Source: Bigelowiella natans CCMP2755
Lineage: Eukaryota > Protista > Cercozoa
Direction of reading: 5' to 3'
Length of the DNA stretch: 41,834 nucleotides
Assembly (NCBI GenBank): GCA_000320545.1
Contig: ADNK01002079.1
Span: 1 to 41,834 of the forward strand
Shown: positions 10,157 through 21,880 of the stretch, one piece after another
Numbering within the stretch: the stretch's first letter is position 1
Layout of the letters: each line of letters begins with the position of its first letter
The notes under the pieces: model-generated
What the model was told of the DNA's origin: nothing
The model's database searches: none
Seen by the model: the letters and a program-made list of their open reading frames with translations, nothing else
Translations under genes and position numbers: made by a program

Positions 10157-10550
10157 AGTCCCTCTCCCCCCCCTTCGTGACTCGCTCGTTCGAACAGGGC
10201 CTACTACTACAAACGGATGGATTTCGGCAAGTAAAATTACAGTAAAAACATAGACGATTTTAGCACTGCGTCAATACGATCACGCCCAATTTGGCAGTTA
10301 ATTTGCAAAACTACTGTCAATTTCAATGCATTCTTTCTATGCGACAAGGTGAAATTCTCGTCGCCACTTTTTTCCAGGTTGGTCGGTGTTTTTCATCCGG
10401 GTGCCACGAAATTATCCGTGTCGCAAGGAGAAAGCGCCCTTAAAAGGGCGTAGGATACCGACGCATCGGACCTGCTCACGTCGTCAGTCAGCGCACACGT
10501 AACACACCGTATATCACAACCCATACCCCACACAACTACATTATAACAGC
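10157..10550. promoter_or_regulatory. Putative bidirectional promoter between tlyA and adenosine kinase
   Basis: A 394-bp gap between divergent start codons; CpG and TpA both retained. Confidence 0.5.
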
Positions 10551-11612
10551 ATGGCCAGCTACTCTGAAGGAATCCTCCTCGGCGTGGGAAACCCGCTACT
10601 CGATATCTCCTCCGAGGTTGATATGGAATACGTGAAGAAATACGAGTTGAAGATGTCCAACGCCATTCTTGCTGAGGAAAAACACATGCCAATCTATGGG
10701 GAGCTCATGAAGAACAAGGACGTCAAGTACATCGCAGGAGGCGCAACCCAGAACTCCATTCGTGTAGCTCAGTGGATGATGCAGGCTAAGGGTGCAACCT
10801 CCTATATCGGATGTGTGGGAAAGGATGACTATGCAAAGAAGCTCACTGATTGTGCTGCTGGAGATGGCGTGCGAGTTGAGTACCTTGAGGACGCTGACAC
10901 TCCGACTGGAACATGTGCATGTCTGATTGTGGATAAGGAGCGATCTTTGGTAGCTAACTTGGCCGCAGCTAACAAGTATAAGGTCGATCACATGAAGAGC
11001 GAGAAAATTGTGCCAATTTACAAAGCCGCAAAAACTATCTATGCCGCGGGTTTCTTCATCACTGTATCACCCGACACCATCGACCTCCTTGCAAAGCACT
11101 GCGATGAAACCAGCTCCACATTCTGCATGAATCTCTCGGCGCCATTTATCTGCCAAGTGCCGCCATTTGCGAAGGTTCTGAAGGATAACTTGAAATACAT
11201 GGACTATCTTTTCGGAAACGAAAGCGAGGCAGCCGAATTCGCCAAGATGATGAAATATGAGGAGACCGACGTAGCAAAGATCGCTGCTCTTGCATCCAAG
11301 GAGGAATCTGTGAAGGGCAAGAAACGTATTGTTGTCTTCACCCAAGGATCCAGCTGCACATGCGTTGCAGTTGAAGGAAAGGTAACTTGCTACGAAGTTC
11401 CAAAGCTAGATGCAAAAAAAATTGTTGATTCGAACGGAGCTGGAGACGCATTCGTCGGTGGGTTCCTTTCGCAGCAGCTCGCTGGTGCCGATCTGGCCAC
11501 GTGCGTTGACGCTGGGCACTACGCTGCTCAAGTAGTCATTCAGTCAAGTGGAACTAATCTCGAAGGGAAACCAGAGTACAAGCCAAAAAAGGCAGACATT
11601 GTCAAGGCTTAA
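10551..11612 (+). CDS. ADK: Adenosine kinase (PfkB family), intronless
   Basis: GNPLLDI, AGGATQNSIRVAQW, ERSLVANLAAAN, NLSAPFI, FGNESEA and DSNGAGDAFVGGFL. Confidence 0.97.
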   Translation: MASYSEGILLGVGNPLLDISSEVDMEYVKKYELKMSNAILAEEKHMPIYGELMKNKDVKYIAGGATQNSIRVAQWMMQAKGATSYIGCVGKDDYAKKLTDCAAGDGVRVEYLEDADTPTGTCACLIVDKERSLVANLAAANKYKVDHMKSEKIVPIYKAAKTIYAAGFFITVSPDTIDLLAKHCDETSSTFCMNLSAPFICQVPPFAKVLKDNLKYMDYLFGNESEAAEFAKMMKYEETDVAKIAALASKEESVKGKKRIVVFTQGSSCTCVAVEGKVTCYEVPKLDAKKIVDSNGAGDAFVGGFLSQQLAGADLATCVDAGHYAAQVVIQSSGTNLEGKPEYKPKKADIVKA

Positions 11613-13123
11613 GAATGCTGAAAGTCAGTGAGCTACAAGCTCGTGTGTGGTCGATGTGAATGCAGTGTGTGGATTGGTTGGGTGCACACTAGTGTCGTGA
11701 CTAATGAGAACACAACGAATCCTTGCTTTGATTATTTCAACATCAAGAGAAGCAACTTTAAGGATTAGCTTAGAAGTAGTGGTGCGCGCGAGCCTACTCA
11801 TTGCATGTGCTGTTCGAAATGTCAAAATGTTGAGATCATTCGTCGTCCAATCACAACTCGGTCAAATCTGGTAACACATTTAGCTGCCGCAAAAGGCGAG
11901 TTGTGCGCGTGCGCGCAGCTCCTTGCAATGATGAATGTGATCACAGAACACGCCAGTGCCTGTTCGTTTGGTGTGAATTCATGATGCATCTCACATGCTG
12001 CCAGCGGCATCCAACATCCTCCGATCTGACCAAGCTGTGTGACAGCTGTCGCATGCACACACTCTACAATCACCTGGGGCCACTGTGAGCACGCGATGCA
12101 TCACACCCAGAACAGCGCATTTGTGCACATTGTCGTGTTCAATCATGTCTGTGGATGTCACAGCTAGACAAAATGACATCACACGTGCAACACGATCACA
12201 CACGCTAGCAGGAGACCAAGGACGTTCATGTGTTTCCAATGGGCGCAATGGCTTGGGGGATGAGGTGTTGTGTGCACGTGTTCCTCCTCACCTCTTAGAC
12301 CTGCGTGTGATGTGTGCCTCCGTGTTGTTGCGTGTGCAGACGCGACGAGCCAGAAGAAAAAATCGAGCCAGACTGAACTGTGCGGATGAGAAGCACCCAT
12401 CATTGAAACCAGGATCACCATGACTGGTCTGGGGTTTCACATTGATGGTTTTCAGTGTGCAGCTTCTAGGCTTGTCTGTTGTCGAAACTGAGAGGGGAAA
12501 TGGACACTCATCAGTGCGTCACGTTCCAGCCTTCGTTGTCTGTGCACTAGTCTCCGCTTGCTTTTGAGTTCCGATTTGTCGCAGTCCCACACAATGAGAA
12601 CTCTGGCACATTTTTGTCGTGCGACAACAAAGCCAGATTTTTCTCACATCTGTGCCCATAGATCTATTTCTTGTGCTTTTCCTTGCCTCAAAACCTGGCT
12701 CGAGCTAGCTTCTCTTTTCATCCTGTCACTTTGGTTTCCCCCCCCCCCGTTACTTTGTGGTGAATCACTGGGGATATTTTTGCAGAGACAACATGGAAAC
12801 GCGAGAAATCGAAGAAATCGACGGGTTTTGTGCCGTCACCTCTCACAAATTAAGTCGGCTCCGCAACCCAGATGAAGTGTCATGCATGTGCCCTTGCTAC
12901 GTGAGCACGTGCACGTCATGCAAGGGCATCTCAGCAAATATCGATCTCGCTTTGATCAGTAGGAATAGCGTTTATTGGGCGATTTTATCGAAGGCAAACC
13001 TGGCGATAAGTGCCAGGCACAGGCCTTCCCTTCGCGTTTACATCATCCTCCTCTTTCGAGGCACGCAGACCGCAGATCTTTCTGCTCTCAGCGGCGCAAG
13101 CGCACAAATCTCAACGAGAAGCG

Positions 13124-14432
13124 ATGTGGAAAGTGTTCTTGCTCACAATGTCGATGCTCCGGGCCTCCGGCCATGGCGTCATGCAAGTCCCCCCGGCGTG
13201 GGTGAATTCAGGTAAGGTTCAGCTGCCCTTCCGCTCCTGTTGGGGTTCTTGAAACGAAGGCTTTTTGCTTTGGAAAAGGTGGGAAGCTTGTCGAAAACGC
13301 GACCCGGAACGAATGCAATATGAGGTGCCGAACAACTCGTCATCCCACCCCATCTTTGCTTCCCCCTTTCGCACCATCACCATCACACAGAAGAGAACCT
13401 TTGGAATTATTCCAGATGTCTTCACAACTACCTCATGCGGGGAGTCGTGTCCACAGCGCCGGGATGTGGATGCTTGTGGTTCACCAACAACACCAAGATT
13501 CCAGGAAAACCCACGATTTCCGACGACTCGCCTCTTCGCACGTTCCTGGATCATGAAGACAGGTCCGATAGGCCTTGGCGCGCACCAGGAACGGCAAAGA
13601 GCTACCCCTGCGGAGTGTTCGGCGGAAACCCTTCAGGCTGTGGTAGTCCGTCAGATAGCGACTTCTATTCGTACGATTCCGAGATGTAGAAAATGTAGAC
13701 GAATAGCAGTCATGATCGTAGTGGTGATAAAAAATTACCGCTGATTGCATTCCTTAGCGTTCTCCCCCGCACCAACCCTCCCCCCTCCCCGCCCCCCCAA
13801 CAAAAACATAAGGCAAACTAGAAGGGAACCTGTGCATCTATGGAGGCAGCCAGTACGGCCCAGATGCTCGGATATTTGACTTTCCAGATGTAGTAACGAC
13901 AACATACAAGATCGGCTCGACGATTGAAACCATGTGGGGCATCAATACCAACCACGGCGGCGGGTATTCCTACCGACTGTGCAAGCTGCCGCGAAACGGC
14001 AAGGCCGATCTCACCGAAGCATGCTTCCAAAAGCTCCCTTTGAAGTTTGAAAGCGACAAGCAGGCTATTCAATTCGACAACGGCACGAGAGTGTACTTCC
14101 AGGGCATGAAAACCACCAAAGGAACCCACCCTCCAGGCTCTGAATGGATGCGAAATCCTGTACCCTCCTGTAAGCCGCACGGCGAGGTTTCTACTATTCC
14201 CCACTGCCCACAGGGGACCTTCTTCGAGCCTCCAGTTCCTGGCGTGTTTGGAAGGGGTATTTATCAGGTGACGCCTCTCTACGCAAAGATGTCCTTCGAT
14301 TGGTCGATTGTAGATCGCGTCGTTATCCCCAAAGGCCTAGAGCCCGGAAAGTACGTTCTGGGGTGGAGATGGGATTCAGAACAGGAACCTCAGGTATGGG
14401 CAAACTGTGCGGATATCGAGCTGGTGGAGTAG
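13124..14432 (+). CDS. Secreted histidine-brace copper protein, LPMO-like
   Basis: Exons 13124-13211, 13391-13642 and 13822-14432. Signal peptide MWKVFLLTMSMLRASG followed directly by HGVMQVPP. Also PWRAPG…PCG, NHGGGYSYRLC and YVLGWRWD…QVWANCADI. Confidence 0.82.
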
Positions 14433-15006
14433 GTTGGAGGATGGGAGGGGGGGGGGGGGAGGCGACCGATTCGAGCAGGCATTATGGCCTGGGGACCTCG
14501 AAATAAGAATATCATTATTGATTTAATGTGCAAAAAAGAAACTTTAAAGTTGAGATAGCAGGAAGCTAATAGATGGCGGCAAATATGTATATACATACAT
14601 TATATGTATATAAATATATATAATATCGTCGAACCAGGTATATATATTATCGTCCAGATGATTTCTATGTATTATGATAATTCAAATATCCGTTCCAACA
14701 TACCATACGCATGTACTTACACGGTGTATGTACCATGTAAGTTTTGTAAAGAAATTATTGTATTTTTTTAAGTTATATTATTCAATATTGGAGATGTACG
14801 CACAGTCCGCATAAACCAATGGCAGAAGCACAGCAGCGCATGTAGTCTTAATTTGCGTGCATGCTGCACGTCCGCGCATGTGCACTCATCACAATCAACG
14901 TCCATGCATGCCACGAAGCTGAGGGCGGCGCCACCATTCCTAGCTACTAGGTGCATGCAATGCAATGACAGTGCGTGCTAACGTAGCATGGCATTTCTTC
15001 CGTGTG

Positions 15007-15311
15007 TCATGTGTGCCTTCGCGGCCTTTTGTTTCTTATTGACGAAATTGCGCGCTTGAGCTTTGCTGCATGCCCCGGCTTCATCCGAGTGTGGCCTACC
15101 AGCTCCGTCCACTCATCAGGATCGGCGCTGACGATAAAGTCTACGTCATCATAGCCGCACTCTTCGAACGCAGGGCTATACCGTGTGAGATTACACATCC
15201 CAAGCAGACTTCCGACCCCATGGGGATCATCATTGAGCGTCGAAGGCGAGGACGCTGTCGCTCGTAGATCTGGAGGCGGCTCCTGCGAATTGGCCATGCG
15301 GGTAGTTTTCG

Positions 15312-15343
<32 letters not shown>

Positions 15344-16894
15344 TTTTGAGTGTAAATACTATTGTTTTGATAATTTAATTGTTGTTCCCCATAATTCGGA
15401 AGCGTGTCGCCCAAAAGAAGACTCTTGCTTAAAACGGACGCTACGAACGCTCCCTCTTGCCTTCGCTTCTCCTTGAAAGACCGGAGAAAGAAGAAGGAAA
15501 AAGAGCAAATTGCCCCAAAGTAGCATATATGAGTTCAGCTCAAGAACATGTAATAAGACGCCGTTAAAAACACAAAAAGCTGCTACAAACGACCAAGAAA
15601 GAGCAGCAGCGACAAGAAATCGATATCTAACTTTTACATATGCTGAAGCATCACCATCACATTAACTACAGCACCCACCTTAATCTGAGACTCTACTCTT
15701 TCTTTCAACGTCGGTTTATGTTGTTGGAGTCCATCTTGCGACTGAATAAGACCCCCCCCCTCCTCGCCACGGTACAGCTGCCTCCCATGCTGCCTTTGCG
15801 CCTTGAACATCTGCTGGAGGTTGGCCGCCATGTCTTCCGGCATTTTGGAGATCAGATCTCCCAAACCTAAAGAAGGAGGGGGGGGCAGGGATATCGGTGG
15901 TAAACAAGTGGCGGCACGGAGCGAGATGGAAACACGAGAACAATAAAACAGACCTTGTAAAACTTGAGCTTGAGAGTGGAGTTGACCGAGAGGATATGAT
16001 CCCACGGCAGTCTTCACAGACGTTCGGTACTTGAAAGCGCAGTATATCAGCACCTCCCCTGGCGATACGGCAAACCTTCGATGGAGGAAAGACGGAGGGA
16101 GGTCGGAGGGGGGGGGCGGGGGGGATTAGATTGTTGTGTTATTTGAAGAGGAAATGAGATGAATTTATGTGTGTGCGTGTGTGTGTGTATGTGTGATGCA
16201 TAATATACACTATTGATAGACGCTTCTACTCTGAACGCATACCATTCTTCCAAACTCCTTCTGATCTTCACATCCACGCTTGAATCCTTTCGTCGGCTGT
16301 TTACCTTCCCCTCTCCACGACTTTCCCCCCCCCCCCCCTGCTTCCCCTCTTCCTCTTCCTCCTCCTCATCGTCCTGCTGTCAAGAAAAGGGAAATAAATG
16401 GACAAACTTCAGGTACTAATTCGTGTTCGCAAGCCGCACTATCGGTCATTCTCTCCCAGGGCGTTGTGTACTATTAGCTTGCATCTCGTATCGTGATGTT
16501 TTCACGGTAATTTACATACAAAGAGCTTCTCCGTGCGCTGCCGCTGCTCCTCACGCCTTTGCTGCTCGACTGTGCGCGCTACGTACAGCACACGAAGTTC
16601 CTCGATCATCCCGTGCATTTCTAATTGTTTTCTGAAGTGGCAAGGGGCAGAAAGGGGGGGGGGGGGGGGGGGGGAGGGTCGGGGGGAGAGGCTGCGCATA
16701 GGTGGGTGGATATGTCGGGGTAAAGGGTCAGAATACTCGTGCTTCTGCATATTTCAAATTGTTAAGTGCAAGCATCATTTGTCTGAGACCGTATAGCGTC
16801 GAGACTGGGGTTCTCTTGGATGTAAACTCCTCTGACGAGGACGACTTTTCCATCCGTCTATATGCCGCGAAGGTGCCCATGAGAAATAAAGATA

Positions 16895-16933
<39 letters not shown>

Positions 16934-16960
16934 TTCTGTTGGAGAAATTAAGAAGAGGGG

Positions 16961-17002
<42 letters not shown>

Positions 17003-18784
17003 AGAGAGTAAAACTGTAGAAAATGACCTCATTTCTCGCCATTAGGTCCATACTAGCTTTGATCAGAAACTCAACCAGCTTGCCCCCTGAGAATCCTTTG
17101 TGTTGGAACTTGCTTTTCTTCCTCCAAGCTGCTGCTGCTTTTCCTCTTGAATGCCTTTCACCTCGCAGCTTCTTGTAATGGCCGCGGCGCAGAGGACCTT
17201 GCTGCTCGGTCTTGATGAATCGTGTTGTTTGCCGTCGAAAATCCAGGTACAATCTCTGGTATTCCGATCCCGTTAAGTTGAGAATCCTCCCGGCCTTCAG
17301 GGATTAGAGGATATTGCAGCATAAGAACCGAAAACAGCACGAAGTATTTCTATCGTGGAAAAACACTGATGAGAAGTTGAGTTCTGCTGCTGCAGTACTA
17401 AATCGTGATGATGAACCATCAACACTTCCCGTGATTGATGCTGCTCACCCCAATGCAAATCACATACAAACACACACACACACGATACACATACGCATAC
17501 ACATACACGAAAACACACACACACACACACGCGCGCGCGCACAAAAGCGGGCCACATCGAAATGTACTCTGCAAGTCCCACACGCACGTCGTCGGCGAAC
17601 AACTACTACCGCTTCGGTCACACTCGTCTGATTGCTACGGATCGCCACCAATCGGAGCTTGCGCTCTAGCTCTTCATGCGATAGGCCTCGCACGGTGGAA
17701 GAGGCATGACTGCGTAGCGAGGAAGTTGCGGCAGCCAGCAGTTGCTTGTTCTGCTGCTGTTTCTTCTTCAGCCTATGCTTCTGCCTATCTTGCTTTTGCC
17801 CCGCCTCTTTCATCAGCTCCTGGGCAATCTTTGATGGGGAAGGGGGGGGGTTAGCGGGAGAGAGTAGAGAACCCGTGTAATGCAGGAGGAAAAAGAAGAT
17901 GCTTACATCTTGGCCACGTCGCAAAAATCAGCATATCGGAATGGAATTTCTCCATGAAAACCGTCAAAGCCACATCATCGTGCAATTATCATCATCACCT
18001 TGTGAAGCTCCGAGGCCATGAGCCCATTCTGCAGTCCCCTTTGCCGACGAGCCTCTTGTGCAATACGCATTGCCTGTATCTTGCGTTCTTTCACGGTGCA
18101 GTTGCGCCGTTTCAAGATATGCTCCGAGATCTGCCGCAAATACACCGAGACAGCGAAAACAACAACACAACAACAGCAACCAGCACAACAACAACATCAT
18201 CTGACAAACGAAAGCATAGGTAAGGGTATGCAGATTGTGTGACTTGATAGGAGAAGGACGCATGGATATTATCATTCGGTCAACTGAAGCAGCCATATTT
18301 AATGTCGTGATCGTGTTGGATTTCTGGCTGTCATTGTTGTTGTTGTTGTTGTTGTCTCTATGTTCTGCAGATGCTGTGGTAAACTGCTCACGCACCGAGG
18401 CCAAACGGGTTTGTCGCAGGGCGATTTTGTAGTCGTTGTGAGTCTTCGCGTGGATTATTTGATCTGAAAGAAGAAGGAGAAACGGGGGAGAGGGCGGGGA
18501 AGGGGCAATAGTTGTTTTTAAAAGGTAAAGTTGAATTACTATGTAGATAACAACACCTATGAGGATACTTGCCTCCTGCGACATAGTAGGAAACAAATTT
18601 GAGCCCCCCCCCCCCCCACCCCCCCCCTGCATACCAGCAGTTATATTGCGACAGGGTTGAAGACCGGGGCAGTTCTCGCAGAGTCTCCGCAGAAACTAGC
18701 ACAATGATTTAGGGAAATAACGGAGGGATGGAAAACATGAAAACAGGAACAAGGAGAGGTGCAATTCAAGGAAATAATAATAAC

Positions 18785-18818
<34 letters not shown>

Positions 18819-20100
18819 GTAATAATAGTAATAATAATGAAGAATAAGAAGAAGAAGAAGAATAAGAAGAAGAAGAAGAAGAAATAAAAGAACGAAGAAA
18901 TGACCTGTTCGCACGCGAATGACTGCTCCGAATCCAGTGCTAGATGCTGCAGCTCTACATCATCAACCAGCACCTTCTTCGCCAGCCGTTTTGCCTGTAT
19001 GCGCGCGATCATTTCTTGCCTATCCTTTATCTGCATCAACACCGGCGCCATGGCCTGCTCAAGGGCGTTGGTTGTTGCTGCTTTGAATAGACATTTGAGG
19101 AAGAAAGCTAGAAGCAATCGTCCTTCTGTCGTACTGAGAGTAGCGTTCAGCACCTGCTGGTGGTGATACGTGTATGCGGGCATAAACGATTCTTCACCCC
19201 TCTCTGCTTCTGATGCTTTGTCGCCATCCCCTTCTCCCCCACACGCGCACTGCTTTTCATCTTCATCAGCTTCGTCGGGGTCGATCAGTCCAATGGGAGA
19301 GGGATCTACAACCAATGCATTAGAGCTCGTGTCGGCATCACCATCCCTACCACCCTCTCCTCCCAATACACCATCAGCATCGATCTCGTCGCTAAGACGA
19401 TAATCCTTCGATATAATATCATTATCCTCGTTTTTCCTCGTAGTCTCTGGGACAGGCTGCTTGTACATAGAGCAGTTGTTTATTGCCTTCTGTGCGATTG
19501 GAAGGGATCCATTGCTAGTTATCTGCTGCTTGCGGACGAAATCGCTGCCGTTTTTCCTGGTGGAAGATGAACTGGCGGATGCAGAGAAAGGGGCGGGCTC
19601 GGTGGGAGAGCGATGCCTCGAAGCTGTAGTGTCTGCTGCTCCTCTCCCCCTGTTTTCCCCGCCAGAGATGGGATAATCGTGCATCCGCTTTCTAGCATCA
19701 ATTCTTATTTTATCGAGCTTGCTCTCAGTAAGAGACGCCGTGGAGTCATCTTCTGTTTTGCTCGTAGAGCCCTCGATGGACGATGGCGACTCGCTATGAA
19801 GCCTACGGGAGATACTACTCGAAAACCCCCTCCACGTCGGTGTGCCGTCTGAATGTGAAACCTGATGCAGAAAGGGAAGGGGTTGTGACGTACATGGCAG
19901 CAGGACGACCGCAATAAACAGCATTGCTTTCCAATTTGCTTTTTAATTCTGTTGTATCGAAAGCTACATACGCGTCCCAAGCCATCACTGAATGTCGTGC
20001 AGAGCTCGGCTGTCGATGTGCCCATATCAGAGGTGAAAAAGCTGCTTCTATTTGCCCTCCCATCTCCCCCCGACATTGCGGTCGTCGCGTTTTTGCCTGA
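15007..20100 (-). CDS. Large multi-exon hypothetical protein with C-terminal SAM domain (5' end uncertain; could be more than one gene)
   Basis: Last exon has SAM-like LLGMCNLTRYSPAFEECGYDDVDFIV…MKPGHAAKLKRAI. A chain of helical exon-like segments on the minus strand is separated by microsatellite introns up to ~19.9-20.1 kb. Confidence 0.55.
18772..18890. repeat. (AAT)n-(AAG)n trinucleotide microsatellite, intronic
   Basis: Seen directly in the sequence. Confidence 0.9.
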
Positions 20101-20940
20101 TCAAGCATATAATAAGGGCAGAAACCAGACCATGTTTCAGGCAAAGTCATAACACATGCATGCTGATACAGTTCTCTTAACGCCGAGCAGGGTTTTGTAA
20201 ATCCACGTGAAGTTGCTCCTCTCATAGCTTCACTGGCTAGTGAATTTTTGCGAGTTGCCTTCTGGGGGATGGGACTGGTGTGTGTGGTTGTTTGCGTGGG
20301 GTAGGGGAGGGGCGATTAGGCTGCAGGTTCCGAGCACACTGTGCAGGGATCATTTTCAAGTCGATTTTTTTGGAAATGAGGGGCAATTCAGAAATAAAGA
20401 TGGTTTTTCTTCGAAGTCTATGCTAATTAATGGTCAAGATTAATTCCGTACGACAATGATTATTGGATATTATTCCGAAACTATCCTCATGATGATATGT
20501 GGCAAAAAGTGATGGATATTATCGGCTTTACATTCTGTCTTCTCGAAGGTCTTCTCGACTGATGAATAGAATAAGATATTTTCAGGTTATATTTCTTCCT
20601 AAATAGTTTTCTTGATCTACTTAGTTGTAATTTCGTATGATTTTACTCAAACGAATGGTCAATATCAAAATAAGGACACGAAATCGTCACAAGTTTCTAC
20701 GTAAAATCGGGATTAGTTTTAGCATAAATATAATAATTTATTGTCGTTCGTAAAAAATGTACGGAGATTTCTCTACGAATTTAATATTCTCTGAAACATA
20801 ATCATACTGAAGTTTTCCTGACAGCATTATCACAACATATAGAACAAGTTTGTCGATTCTGCTCCCTGTCCCCCCTTTGGAGTATTAACACAGAGGCAGC
20901 CTGCATCCTTTGAGAGCACCTCCCCGCCGCCAAATACTCT

Positions 20941-21880
20941 ATGTCGAAGTTTCCATCGACATGTATTGCGTGGTTGTGCTTGATCGGCGGCCTCCTCGTC
21001 CTGCTCTTTAGGTCCACACCTGCAGAGAAGAGGGGTGAAAGAATAGCAGCGGGCTGGTTAACAAATAGCAGAAGGAGTTCTGTATCCAGCCAGCGTGCCT
21101 CGTTAGCCCCTCATAGTGTTCACAGCTTCATTCATAGAATCAGCAGAAGAGGGTCAGGATTCAAACTATTCAGCCATGTACCTATACAGTCCCAATGGGA
21201 CACGAATAGAAGCGCCCAGTGGGTTTCACCGCGCTGCGAGATTACGTCGCTATATGAGAAGCATGAAGGACCCTCTTCGAGCTACCAGACGGTTCACTCG
21301 CAGTGGAATGTAATATTATGTTTTTCGTAGCGCTGGAAAAACAAAAAAATAGCCACCTCCTAACCACCTCCTAACTTTCTTCATAATACAGGGGACGATG
21401 CCGACGTGGAAGAGCGACACAAAGCTTTACGAGCAGTTCCAACATGCTCCGAGGGCGGAAATATCCGTTACAAGATTCCCAAGCGCGGCCCGAATGCAAA
21501 TGGAGCGGATTGATAGGTGGACGGAGTGGGTAGCTGACGTCTCCTCGTTCCCGTGGAGATACACGACTTCAGAGGTTGCATACATCGTTGAGGGCGAGGC
21601 GGACATTCTCCCCAATGATGGCGGGGAACAGGTCAGCGTGAGGCAAGGAGATGTCGTCACTCTTCCGAAAGGGTTGTCGTGCACATGGTACATAAAGGGG
21701 AAACTAAAGAAGCGCTATAAGTACGTGACAGACGCAAACGCCTACGCATACAAGAACATGGAAAATGACCACCCAACTGTCGGGAGCGTTTATTCTGGAA
21801 TTCCAGAAATTTTAGGGGCTACTAACATCAACGAACATCGTGGATTCAACGGGATACTTGATGATGAGAGGAAATTCTAA
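20941..21880 (+). CDS. Cupin_3 (DUF861/EutQ-like) protein, probably plastid-targeted
   Basis: Exons 20941-21309 and 21392-21880. W..W…FPWRY…EVAYIVEGE…GDVVTLPKGLSCTW.I…KKRY. Signal peptide plus Ser/Arg-rich transit-like leader. Confidence 0.85.

Noticed and set aside
10478-10490. Shared TGACG-type promoter motif (also at ~39345)
   Set aside because: Only two imperfect instances, which is not distinguishable from chance.
11640-12900. CpG-methylation decay as the cause of TG/CA excess
   Set aside because: CpG is plentiful in the patches and unchanged in the paired repeat; the missing dinucleotide is TA.
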